This document shows, in pieces, positions 9,726-18,761 of a stretch of 64,000 nt of DNA. Within the stretch, counting starts at the first letter, position 1; each line of letters opens with the position of its first letter. The stretch comes from Candidatus Bathyarchaeia archaeon (lineage in GTDB: Archaea; Thermoproteota; Bathyarchaeia; Bathyarchaeales; Bathycorpusculaceae), in assembly GCA_050010755.1 (NCBI GenBank), contig JBEKKK010000001.1:1280001-1344000 (forward strand), in the 5' to 3' direction. A model generated the notes under the pieces. That model saw only the letters and a list, made by a program, of their open reading frames with translations, did not search any database and was not told the DNA's origin. Made by a program: the position numbers and the translations under genes.

Positions 9726-10397
9726 ATGGCAGACGGTCGTCCGAAGAACATTCTGGAAATACTTCGAAAAACCTTCACCATGCCAAAGTGGGTAACCTCA
9801 ACAGAAGACCCCTTTAGAACACTGATTGTGACGATAATTTCACAGAATACAGCCGACAGAAACACGGCAAAAGCCTTCGAAAACCTTTCGAAAAGGTTCA
9901 AAATCACCCCCGAAGCACTCGCGAAGGCCGAACAGAAAGAAATTGAACAGTGCCTAAGAGTCGGAGGACTGTACAGAAACAAGGCAAAAACAATAAAACA
10001 AGTCTCAAAAACAATTCTGGAAAAATACCACGGAGAACTGAAACCCATCCTTTCATTGCCAACCGAAAAAGCAAGAGAAACACTAATGCAATTCCCAGGA
10101 GTCGGACCCAAAACGGCCGACGTTGTCCTCCTCTTCAGCGCCAATAAGAACACCATCCCAGTCGACACTCACGTAAACCGCGTCTCAAAACGGTTAGGCC
10201 TCGCCCCGGCAAAAGGAAACTACGAAGCCGTTCGCAAAGCACTCCAAACAATCTACGATCAAGTCGACTACATGCAAGTCCACGTGCTACTAATCTCACA
10301 CGGAAAAAAATACTGCAAAGCAAGACTCCCCCTGTGCAAACAATGCCCAATAAACACCCTCTGCCCATCCAGACACCTCTGGGATAAGAACAATTGA
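9726..10397 (+). CDS. nth: Endonuclease III
   Basis: ISQNT, HhH FPGVGPKTAD, PVDTHV, C-x6-C-x2-C-x5-C FeS motif; ATG 9726 preferred. Confidence 0.95.
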   Translation: MADGRPKNILEILRKTFTMPKWVTSTEDPFRTLIVTIISQNTADRNTAKAFENLSKRFKITPEALAKAEQKEIEQCLRVGGLYRNKAKTIKQVSKTILEKYHGELKPILSLPTEKARETLMQFPGVGPKTADVVLLFSANKNTIPVDTHVNRVSKRLGLAPAKGNYEAVRKALQTIYDQVDYMQVHVLLISHGKKYCKARLPLCKQCPINTLCPSRHLWDKNN

Positions 10398-10530
10398 AAT
10401 AGTCAAGAGGCCGCAGACTTCCTTTCCACAGGAGAGCCAACAACCCCTTCAAAAACAAATTCACCAAAAACAACAGCACACTTTTGACCATTTTCGCAAC
10501 ACGCATTGTCAACCAACATCGCCGTTTACG

Positions 10531-10604
10531 CTTACACATTACGCTGCAACATTACGTCTGACGTAAAGAAAAAAAGGGGAGGGGCCGTTCACAGTTAAAA
10601 TCTT
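10531..10604 (+). repeat. Dispersed repeat copy A
   Basis: GCAACA-TTACGTctgACGTAA-AGAAAAAAAGGGGAGGGG-CCGTTCACAGTT; matches copies B and C. Confidence 0.8.
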
Positions 10605-10829
10605 CCACCCCAGCACGACGTCAAACTCACGAACAGAAAGACGACAGACACTAACAGTCACCGCCAACACGGAGATTTACGCTGCAATATCACAATGCAA
10701 TATCATAATTGACCTCACCATAAACGGAAAAAGTTTAGCCGCAAGGCGCAGTAAAGCCTGTTTAAAACATGGTTTGTCACGAAACAAAATTACAACTAAC
10801 CTCAAACCATAGAGCCGGAGGGGGCGAAA

Positions 10830-10910
10830 GCAACATGGAAAACTTACAAAGCAACATTACATTGCAACATTACATCTTATGTAAAGAAATAAAAGGGAGG
10901 GGCAGACCGC
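10830..10910 (+). repeat. Dispersed repeat copy B
   Basis: GCAACATGGAAAACTTAC-AAAGCAACATTAC-ATTGCAACA-TTACATcttATGTAA-AGAAATAAAAGGGAGGGGG. Confidence 0.8.
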
Positions 10911-10916
10911 ACGAGT

Positions 10917-12233
10917 TCAGAACGGTGCCTTCAACGATGAAGAGTCCATCTGACTTTCTTCCTCAACGCCTGGAACTTCCTTCATGTTCTTGTCCAGCCT
11001 CACCTTTCCCAGGGAAAGCACGCAGATGTCTCCCGAAACCGGCGTGGATATCTTCAAGCTTTTCCTCAGATAATCAATCGCCTGCAGCACACCTATGCCG
11101 AGAAACCTCCTGTTCGAATCAAACACGCCCGCGAGCAACCCCTCTTCTTCACCCTTCCGAGTCACAACAACCTTCTTCTTCACATACTCCTCAACTTTCC
11201 TAACGTTATCAGGATCAATCCAACGCCTCCTTCCGATGATAACACACACCTTGTCACTCACCTCGGAAAGCTGCAGAGGCTTCATCCCCAGAAGTCCATT
11301 AATCTTGTCCGCCTGTCTAGCGCTCATACGAGCCTTGCAAATATCAAAAAGCTCATTCCCCTCAAACTTCAACCAGCTCAACGAAAGCGACTGCACCTTC
11401 GAATTCCCCAAATACTTTATGTAACCAAGCTCCCGCAAGCTCCTACGCCTACCAATATCCCTCTGCCTAATAGCAAAAGGAGACTCCACAACAACTTTCT
11501 TAAAACCCTCAATCCCAGCAATAACAGGAGAAAGCTCATCCTTCTGCTGAACACAGAAGACGATATCCGGCCTAAGCTCCCCAACAAGCCGAACCTTATA
11601 GTCCAGCGCCCCTTCACCCTCAACCCAACCGTCAGTGTTTATCACAACGAACTCAGGGTTGCTCGCCAAGATTTCCTTCTTCAAAGAGGCTAATGCCCCA
11701 ATCACCTTATCCCCAACATTGCTTGCAGACGTCTCCCCAATGAAGAAAGCATTCTTCGCACGCAAACTGAACAAATCTGTAATCGGCCGCGCAACAAAAG
11801 CATACCCGACCGTTGACGGAGGCCCTATGTCCGACTGACCTAAATCTCCATCCAGAACCGCCACCTTCTTCTTCTCAGCCAAAGCCCTGTTCACAAGAAG
11901 CGTGCAAAAGCTTGATTTTCCAGAATCAACCGTTCCAAGCACCATCGCCGTAACAGGTTTCTTTTCTAAACCCAGGAACTCCTTAGATCCTTCATTCCAA
12001 GAACCCGGAACCGTGGTCCCCTCGACTTCTTCCGCCGAACCCGTGTCTCCCAATGCGATTTCGAAGGCGGCGGTTTCCTCCACAACAAACGGCAACCTCT
12101 TGCCCTCCCGCACAACAACTTTCGCGGTCCCACTAATGACCGAGCCAAACACTTCCACCTTGCCCGAAGTCACTAGGACCGAGGCTGGCCCATCAACCAG
12201 CAGCGTTGTCCCTTTCTTAACCGTTCGATTCAT
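10917..12233 (-). CDS. Clp1/Grc3-family polynucleotide 5'-hydroxyl kinase
   Basis: GTVDSGKS P-loop, DGDLGQSDIGPP, INTDGWVEG, RRRSLRE lid, N-terminal beta domain. Confidence 0.9.
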   Translation of the reverse strand: MNRTVKKGTTLLVDGPASVLVTSGKVEVFGSVISGTAKVVVREGKRLPFVVEETAAFEIALGDTGSAEEVEGTTVPGSWNEGSKEFLGLEKKPVTAMVLGTVDSGKSSFCTLLVNRALAEKKKVAVLDGDLGQSDIGPPSTVGYAFVARPITDLFSLRAKNAFFIGETSASNVGDKVIGALASLKKEILASNPEFVVINTDGWVEGEGALDYKVRLVGELRPDIVFCVQQKDELSPVIAGIEGFKKVVVESPFAIRQRDIGRRRSLRELGYIKYLGNSKVQSLSLSWLKFEGNELFDICKARMSARQADKINGLLGMKPLQLSEVSDKVCVIIGRRRWIDPDNVRKVEEYVKKKVVVTRKGEEEGLLAGVFDSNRRFLGIGVLQAIDYLRKSLKISTPVSGDICVLSLGKVRLDKNMKEVPGVEEESQMDSSSLKAPF

Positions 12234-12870
12234 CTGACATTCTCCTCTGAAACCTATAGCCCCTTCTTCCAGCTATTTGTATCGCTGAAACGATATCCCT
12301 CAAGCCTCTTCTATGTTTCGTTTCGCTCAGACCACGACTTGTTCCAGACTCACTCACGCTTTCCAGCGAAACGCTCGCTGGCAACGTCTCGTCCAAGACA
12401 CGCAACAGATTCTGAGTACACTGCGGAACCCCGTCACCTATTTTCACGGAAATAGATTCGACCGCAGCGCCTTCGAAATCCCTCACGATACCTGCTATCT
12501 TGTCCGATGCTTCTTCGAAGCCGAAACAGTTTCCTGTTTCTTCAACTTTTCCATCAGCCAGAACTGCCCACCCAAAGACTTCACCAGGATCCACGCCAAT
12601 TGTGATTCTCTGAAAGAACGCCTTTCCCTGAACGCTTCTTAACGCCTCGCTTACTAACGTTTCCAGGCGCATCCCCTCTTGCAAAGCGAGTATTCTCTTA
12701 TGCCTCACCAAAGGTTTCTCTTTCTCCGTCGTGATTACAACTTCAATTTCTATGGGAACCGATTCATATGGAGTCAGACTCAGGAACGGCACATTCCTCC
12801 TCTTTAACTCATTGACAATCAAATAATAATCTTTCCCACAAACCGTTACGACTGCTATTTTCGCTTTCAT
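12217..12870 (-). CDS. Conserved archaeal protein with RNase H-like C-terminal domain
   Basis: IGVDPG, VKIGDG, VSESGTS, RDIVSAIQIA pattern; overlaps clp1. Confidence 0.7.
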   Translation of the reverse strand: MKAKIAVVTVCGKDYYLIVNELKRRNVPFLSLTPYESVPIEIEVVITTEKEKPLVRHKRILALQEGMRLETLVSEALRSVQGKAFFQRITIGVDPGEVFGWAVLADGKVEETGNCFGFEEASDKIAGIVRDFEGAAVESISVKIGDGVPQCTQNLLRVLDETLPASVSLESVSESGTSRGLSETKHRRGLRDIVSAIQIAGRRGYRFQRRMSDESNG

Positions 12871-12952
12871 ACCTCAATCCTGTTTGCACAAGGCATTCGA
12901 ACGCAAAGCAAATTATAGGTTTCGACGTTTATATTTGTTGGCGTGTACAAAA

Positions 12953-13651
12953 GTGCTGCGAAACATTTCCACAGGTAGCAAGGCAATAGATGCGGATCTG
13001 GGCGGAGGTCTGATGGCAGAGAACATTAACCTCATCTACGGTGAGGCCGAAACTGGGAAAACAACCCTTGCTATGCAGTGCGCCGTGAATTGTGCCAAGC
13101 AAGGCCACAAAACATTATTTGTCGACTGCGACGACACGTTCTCAGTTGAGCGACTCGGCCAGATAACAGCCAAAAGATTCGCAGAAACAGCCGAACTCAT
13201 CATCCTGACGAAGCCCCACAACTTTCGCGAACAAGCAACAATCATAGATCAATTGGCCGATTACACCACAAACAACTTTACATTCACAATCTTCGACACG
13301 TTCACATCACTGTACCGCCTAGCAGTTTCAGAGTCCCCATCAAAAACGTTCGAATTGAATCGAGAACTGAACAGACAGCTAGCAGTATTAGCTCAGACAG
13401 CCAAAATCAACAAAATCGCACTTCTCATAACAAGTCAAGTCCATAGCGTTCTTGACCATGCTCCAATGACTGTGGAACCCGTTGCCACGAGGGTTCTAAA
13501 ATTTTGGGCCAGCGAAATAATCGCCTTAACACCAACCGAAAACCCCCAGATAGTGAAAATGACCCTGGAAAAAAACCCTCGAAAACTCCAGACCAAGACT
13601 CACCTCCTTAGGATTGAAGAGTCCGGAATACACGATTATCCCAATCACTGA
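12953..13651 (+). CDS. radB: RadB-like RecA-family ATPase
   Basis: ISTGSKAIDADLGGG, YGEAETGKTT, LITSQV; no RadA N-terminal domain; GTG 12953 preferred. Confidence 0.8.
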   Translation: MLRNISTGSKAIDADLGGGLMAENINLIYGEAETGKTTLAMQCAVNCAKQGHKTLFVDCDDTFSVERLGQITAKRFAETAELIILTKPHNFREQATIIDQLADYTTNNFTFTIFDTFTSLYRLAVSESPSKTFELNRELNRQLAVLAQTAKINKIALLITSQVHSVLDHAPMTVEPVATRVLKFWASEIIALTPTENPQIVKMTLEKNPRKLQTKTHLLRIEESGIHDYPNH

Positions 13652-13664
13652 TGGAGCCAACGAA

Positions 13665-14165
13665 ATGGAGATAACTAATCTGATTGTCAAAGCGATAATT
13701 TTCATACTTCCAGCATACTGTGCCAATGCAACTCCAGTCATTGCAGGAGGAGGTTTGCCGATGGACTTGGGGAGAAAATTCATTGACGGAAAACCAATCT
13801 TCGGAAAAAACAAGACCTTCCGAGGTTTTTTTGTCGGTTTAATCGTCGGCACGTGCGTCGGCCTTGGAGAAAGCACTATTTTCAAATATCCTTTAACGTT
13901 CGGTCTGCTGTTGTCGTTAGGCGCCCTATTCGGTGACCTTGCCGGAGCTTTTCTAAAAAGGAGACTCGGAATTGCGCCTGGAAATCTCTTGCCGATTGTA
14001 GATCAAATCGATTTCGTCGTGGGCGCACTAATCTTTTCGCTTCTACTCTCCTCGTCTCTGCTCACTTGGGAACTCGCTTTGACAGTTCTTCTAATTACCC
14101 CACCGATCCATCTGCTGACAAATTTTACAGCCTACAAATTGGGGTTGAAAAGAAACCCTTGGTGA
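13665..14165 (+). CDS. carS: CDP-archaeol synthase
   Basis: LPAYCANATPV, PMDLG, GKNKTFRG, GDLAGAFLKRRLG, DQIDF, LKRNPW. Confidence 0.95.
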   Translation: MEITNLIVKAIIFILPAYCANATPVIAGGGLPMDLGRKFIDGKPIFGKNKTFRGFFVGLIVGTCVGLGESTIFKYPLTFGLLLSLGALFGDLAGAFLKRRLGIAPGNLLPIVDQIDFVVGALIFSLLLSSSLLTWELALTVLLITPPIHLLTNFTAYKLGLKRNPW

Positions 14166-14172
14166 ACTATTG

Positions 14173-14595
14173 TCAACCGCCGCTGAGCTTCACTTTTATC
14201 GCGAGCTCCAAAAATATGTAAGCCATGAATGCTAAGGCCAACCCGATTATGAGCATCATGTAAGCCTGTCTAGGCTTATAGATGTACCTCGTGCTTTGAT
14301 ACACCACTATCAATCCGATCACACCCATAGAATAGATGATTGCCGCAAGAACACTGTCGCTAATAAATTGCTCAGTAAGATATGGATTGAGAAAGAGGAA
14401 TGCATTATTATAGTAAACTGCAGCCAAAGGCTTCTGAATCAAATCGTAAATTCCACCTGCAAAAAGAAACACCGCAAAACCAACCGCCAAGATTGGGATA
14501 AGGAGATTCGACGGCTTAGCATTTATTATCGTCCTATAAAGCCTGTTAACTGAAAATGACAGCGACGAGACACGCCTCTTAACTGATCTTGACAT
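14173..14595 (-). CDS. OSTC/DC2 (OST3/OST6 TM-domain)-like oligosaccharyltransferase accessory subunit
   Basis: Three TM helices; PS...FLFAGGIYDLIQKP...EQFISD...MGVIG...LIIG...KLSG aligns by eye with human OSTC as recalled (PS...FLITGGIIYDVIVEP...GQYIME...MGGLG...LFIG...KLPG). Confidence 0.7.
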   Translation of the reverse strand: MSRSVKRRVSSLSFSVNRLYRTIINAKPSNLLIPILAVGFAVFLFAGGIYDLIQKPLAAVYYNNAFLFLNPYLTEQFISDSVLAAIIYSMGVIGLIVVYQSTRYIYKPRQAYMMLIIGLALAFMAYIFLELAIKVKLSGG

Positions 14596-14777
14596 TCTTC
14601 AGGTCCTCCTTTTCCATCAATTGCCAGGCAACTTCTTCTATTCACTCGCCTGTAAATGGAATCTTAGCAATCTAACTTAAATACTCTTTCCAAGAGATCC
14701 CCACAGCTTTTCTCCAACCAATATAATTCTTTATGATGATGGTACGGTCTTTTGCCTTGTTCCGGCAACAACCCTAT

Positions 14778-16883
14778 TCATCCACTCAACTGCCCCATAT
14801 TCGACGTTGCAATTCCTCTCTCTCCTTTTCCTTTCAACGCGCAATCAGGATTGAAACACAATATCCATAGTTCTCTTCCTTTCGTTCGGACTTGAATGGT
14901 AGGCCATCCGCACCCTCTGCAGTTCTTGCCATTCGCTTTGATTGTGCCCCTTTGTGGGATAGCAAACGAAGCCCTGCACAATCCTCTAAAGTAGTTAGTA
15001 CAGCCGACGAAGCGTTTTCCAGTTTTCTTCGAGCGTACAGTCACAAGCTTTCCAGTCTTGCAGATTGGGCATGCCCCGATCATGCTTTCTTCCAATCTTG
15101 TCTTTTCCAAGGCATTACTCAAGCGCTCACCGATCTCTTCCTCTTTTTGCTGAAGTTCCTTCAGCATTGGTCCAAGAGTTTCAATTGCACTGGCCAAGAC
15201 GTCCTCCCTTTTTACTAGGTTCTGGCATATCCCATTGATACTGTCCTCCAGCTCCCTTGTCATTTCAACAGAAACGATTTTCCCACAATTACTCTGCAGA
15301 GTTTCCAAAACCCCAAAGCCCAAGTCAGTCACTTCCATTCTCTCGTTTCGAATATATTTTCTTTCATAAAGAGTCTGTATTGCATCGGCTCTAGTCGCCT
15401 TCGTCCCAATTCCAACCTCTTCCATTTTTTGAAGCAAGGTGCTAGGATTATATCGTGGCGGCGGCTTAGTGAATCTGCTTTCTAGGATGACCTTCTTGAA
15501 GTTGACCATTTGCCCCTCCTTTACCGGAGGCAACAGCGTTTCCTTTGATATTACGTAAGGCCCGTAGAATCGTTGCCATCCTTGTTCTAACGTACATTTT
15601 CCTTCGGCAAGGAAGAGATATTCGTTGACCTTGATTTTCGCCCTGACAATCTGCTTTACTGCTGGCTCACCGAAAACCGCCATGAACCTACGAACCACAA
15701 GATCCCAAATACTTCTCTCAGATTTGTTCAGCAATCGTTCGGGCAAATTCCCGGTTGGAAAGATGGCTGGATGAGCTGAGTCTTCTCTGGCTCCTTCATG
15801 GGGCTTCAACGTTGGTTTGCTCAAAAGATCAGCCGCAAGCCTCCATTCTCGAACGCTGCTCAAATTCTTAAGAATCATACGATAGTTTATCGCGGCAGGA
15901 AGCTTTTGGCTACCCGTTCGTGGATAAGAGATTAACGCGTCCAAATACAAACGTTGAGCGATGCTTAAAGTTTTCTTGAGGTCATATCGAAACAGTTTAT
16001 AAGCTTCAACCTGCAAGCTCCCTAAATCAAAAGGAACAGGTGCTAGTTGCTGAAATTGTAGGGCTTCCACCTGTTCAATTTTTCCGCTTCCTTTGCAGGC
16101 AGTTCTAACAGCGTCTGCTTCTTTCTTAGTATTTATCACTCTCTTTTCGAATTCTGCTAGGCAAGTTTGTCCATCTATTTCCACCTGTGCTTTGATTCGC
16201 CAATACGGCATGGGTACGAAACTTCTTATGGAATTTTCCCTGGAAACTAAAAATTTTAGGAGCGGTCCCTGAACTCGACCCGTGCTCAACGCACTGTATC
16301 TTCCGCTCCAGTTCTTCACCGCAAACGTCAGGGCTCTAGAGAGATTGATGCCATAAAGCCAGTCAATTTCATGCCTCGTTGTGCCAGCTTCGACAAGCGC
16401 AAAATCCAAATGCGGTAGAGACTCGTCGTAAGACTTTTCCAGTTCTTCTTTAGTCAAGGTGGAGTATTTCATGCGTCTCGACACTTTTTCCTTGTTCTTG
16501 CAAGCGTATTTCAGAATACAGTATCCAATTATGCTTCCTTCCATATCGTAATCGCAAGCGTCAATGAAAGAATCTGCTTTCTTGGACAGTTTCGAGATGA
16601 CTTGAAGCCATGTGCGGATATGCTCTGCTTTTCTCTCGGCCTGAAATCGAGGCACCCATTTGAAATTGAAAACGGGATAAGTGCGTCTTCCCTTCGCTCC
16701 CGACGAAACCGTGTATAAGTGTCCAAGCGCAGGAACGATCACAATTTCCTTGTCACGCCTAGCCACGTAGTAGGGGACACCGTCCTCTTCCATCATTCTT
16801 GCGTTCTGGCTCAGGTCAAGCGCTGAAGCTATTCTTCGAGCAGCATCCGGCTTTTCAGCGATTATTAAAGTATACTTTTCCAT
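14778..16883 (-). CDS. topA: Type IA DNA topoisomerase with C-terminal Zn ribbons
   Basis: IAEKPDAA, ACDYDMEG, STGRVQGP, catalytic LISYPRT, AHPAIFPT, GIGTKATR, CPIC/GCTNY; ATG 16883 preferred. Confidence 0.95.
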   Translation of the reverse strand: MEKYTLIIAEKPDAARRIASALDLSQNARMMEEDGVPYYVARRDKEIVIVPALGHLYTVSSGAKGRRTYPVFNFKWVPRFQAERKAEHIRTWLQVISKLSKKADSFIDACDYDMEGSIIGYCILKYACKNKEKVSRRMKYSTLTKEELEKSYDESLPHLDFALVEAGTTRHEIDWLYGINLSRALTFAVKNWSGRYSALSTGRVQGPLLKFLVSRENSIRSFVPMPYWRIKAQVEIDGQTCLAEFEKRVINTKKEADAVRTACKGSGKIEQVEALQFQQLAPVPFDLGSLQVEAYKLFRYDLKKTLSIAQRLYLDALISYPRTGSQKLPAAINYRMILKNLSSVREWRLAADLLSKPTLKPHEGAREDSAHPAIFPTGNLPERLLNKSERSIWDLVVRRFMAVFGEPAVKQIVRAKIKVNEYLFLAEGKCTLEQGWQRFYGPYVISKETLLPPVKEGQMVNFKKVILESRFTKPPPRYNPSTLLQKMEEVGIGTKATRADAIQTLYERKYIRNERMEVTDLGFGVLETLQSNCGKIVSVEMTRELEDSINGICQNLVKREDVLASAIETLGPMLKELQQKEEEIGERLSNALEKTRLEESMIGACPICKTGKLVTVRSKKTGKRFVGCTNYFRGLCRASFAIPQRGTIKANGKNCRGCGWPTIQVRTKGRELWILCFNPDCALKGKGERGIATSNMGQLSG

Positions 16884-17316
16884 GATTGAAACAGACCATG
16901 TTGAATTCGCTAAACCCTGCATCTCTGAACTCTGGTGTATTGATCAGAATATTGAACTTTTCCTCCGTTGAATGTTCTTCAGTCCTTTCGTTCCCAAGCC
17001 GCTTCTAGCACCGCGAGTCACAAGGGAAATTCCTCAAAAGTCACAATTAGATCCGTCAATGTGCTTGAAAGAAAACCCATGCTTATGAGTTGTTGATCAC
17101 GGTTGTCTTCGGTCTATTGAAAAACGCAAATGAAGGAGTAAGACGGAAGGAGTAAGACGCATGCACTCGAATCTTCGTTCTTAACAAGACAGAAGAATGC
17201 TTCGCAGAAAAGATATTGTCGTTCGCGCGATCACGCATCTTGCACCGATTCCTCTAGCAACTGATAAATATGCCGCGAACGTGTAGTTCCCTTGTTGATA
17301 ACGGAGTGCAGCGTTT

Positions 17317-17481
17317 ATGCCTCAACGTGTAACCTGTCAAGGCTGTGGCCACGTGTTGTATGAAGGGCCTGATCTAAAACCCCCGGATGAAATTTTACAC
17401 GAGCATGAAGGTAAGTGTCCGAGTTGTGGCAAAAAACTCTCCTTCATTCCTATAGACGTAAATGTGAAACCTTCGAAATGA
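17317..17481 (+). CDS. Small Zn-ribbon protein (54 aa)
   Basis: MPQRVTCQGCGHVLYEGPDLKPPDEILHEHEGKCPSCGKKLSFIPIDVNVKPSK; two CxxC pairs; below the ORF-track cutoff. Confidence 0.8.
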   Translation: MPQRVTCQGCGHVLYEGPDLKPPDEILHEHEGKCPSCGKKLSFIPIDVNVKPSK

Positions 17482-17502
17482 TCCATTTTTGAGGAAAAAG
17501 AC

Positions 17503-18651
17503 GTGGGCGAAGAGAATCGCAGAACTCAAATTTATGAAATACACCGAAAAACTTCAAGACTAACGGTTTTCGCCGGCTTTGAAATGCCGTTATACTACAC
17601 CGATATAATCCCTGAGCATCTGGCCGTACGAAATAGTGTCGGTGTCTTTGATATCAGCCATATGGGAAGAGTGTTATTAACAGGAATTGATGCTGAACGC
17701 TTCCTGAATCATGTGATAACGAACGATGTCTCAGCGTTACAGCCCAACGCTGCACAATATTCAGTTATGTGTAACGAGAACGGCGGCATAATTGACGACT
17801 TTGTCGTTTACCGGTTGGCAGACGAGAAATTTCTCGTGGTTTTCAACGCGAGCAACCGCGAAAAAGACTATAACTGGTTAACTCAGAATGCAAAGGGTTT
17901 CAACGTGAAGATCGAAGAAATCTCTGACAACGTGGCAATGTTTGCGGTTCAAGGTCCAAGAGCCGAAAAAACACTTCAAAAAATCGCGACCGAGGATTTG
18001 AGCAAGATTGGAAGATTCAAGTGCGAGCCTTCCAATTTGGCTGGTGTAGAAGTCTTCCTGTCCAGAACGGGTTATACAGGTGAAGACGGCTTCGAGATCT
18101 TCGTATGGAATGCTACAATTGCAAAACCAGGTAACGCCACGAGGCTCTGGGAAGCAATTCTTGACGCTGGAACGCCGCTAGGAATAGAACCGTGTGGTTT
18201 AGGGGCCAGGGACACTTTAAGACTTGAAGCAGGACTGTGCTTGTACGGAAACGATATTGATGAAACTACAACGCCACTAGAGGCTGCGCTCGGTTTTGTA
18301 GTGAAACTACAGAAGGATAGATTCATAGGAAAAGATGTCTTATCCAAACAGAAAGCTGAAGGAGTGAAGCGCAAGCGCGTTGGAATGACCATGATAGATC
18401 CCGGGATACCTCGACAAGGCTTCGAAATCCGGGCTGAATCTGGAGAAAAAATAGGCAAAATAACAAGTGGAACTTTTTCCCCTTTGCTGAACTTCGGAAT
18501 AGGCATGGGTTACGTCCAGACACCTCATGCCCAAGAAGAAAGTATCGTGAACGTCATAATACGCGGCAAAATAGCTACAGGCAGAATAGCCGCATTTCCG
18601 TTTTACGACAGTGAAAAATATGGCTTCAAACGAAAGACAGCTATTGTTTAA
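17503..18651 (+). CDS. gcvT: Aminomethyltransferase (glycine cleavage T protein)
   Basis: FAGFEMP, FDISHMG, GGIIDD, AVQGP, RTGYTGEDGFE, GLGARDTLRLEAG, ITSGTFSP. Confidence 0.95.
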   Translation: MGEENRRTQIYEIHRKTSRLTVFAGFEMPLYYTDIIPEHLAVRNSVGVFDISHMGRVLLTGIDAERFLNHVITNDVSALQPNAAQYSVMCNENGGIIDDFVVYRLADEKFLVVFNASNREKDYNWLTQNAKGFNVKIEEISDNVAMFAVQGPRAEKTLQKIATEDLSKIGRFKCEPSNLAGVEVFLSRTGYTGEDGFEIFVWNATIAKPGNATRLWEAILDAGTPLGIEPCGLGARDTLRLEAGLCLYGNDIDETTTPLEAALGFVVKLQKDRFIGKDVLSKQKAEGVKRKRVGMTMIDPGIPRQGFEIRAESGEKIGKITSGTFSPLLNFGIGMGYVQTPHAQEESIVNVIIRGKIATGRIAAFPFYDSEKYGFKRKTAIV

Positions 18652-18761
18652 AAACGAAATCTCTCCTAGCTCACATTTTTCTTTTGGAAAAGTATATAAC
18701 GACGGCCCATGTCATCTAAACTAACTTCAAACAGTAAGTAACCGTAAACAAAATAACAGAC

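Noticed and set aside
10860-10900. Xer dif site or ORB origin box
   Set aside because: TTATGTAAA resembles a dif arm but the 11-6-11 spacing fails; the dyad differs from TTCCAGTGGAA and no cdc6/orc1 is in the window.
10769-11203. ORF containing MENLQSNITLQHYILCKEIKGRG (similar peptide in repeat copy C)
   Set aside because: The similarity follows from the DNA repeat; copy A has an in-frame TGA and the ORF runs antisense into clp1.
17132-17159. Perfect tandem duplication (GAAGGAGTAAGACG)x2
   Set aside because: Real but isolated; most simply a slippage event with no further structure.
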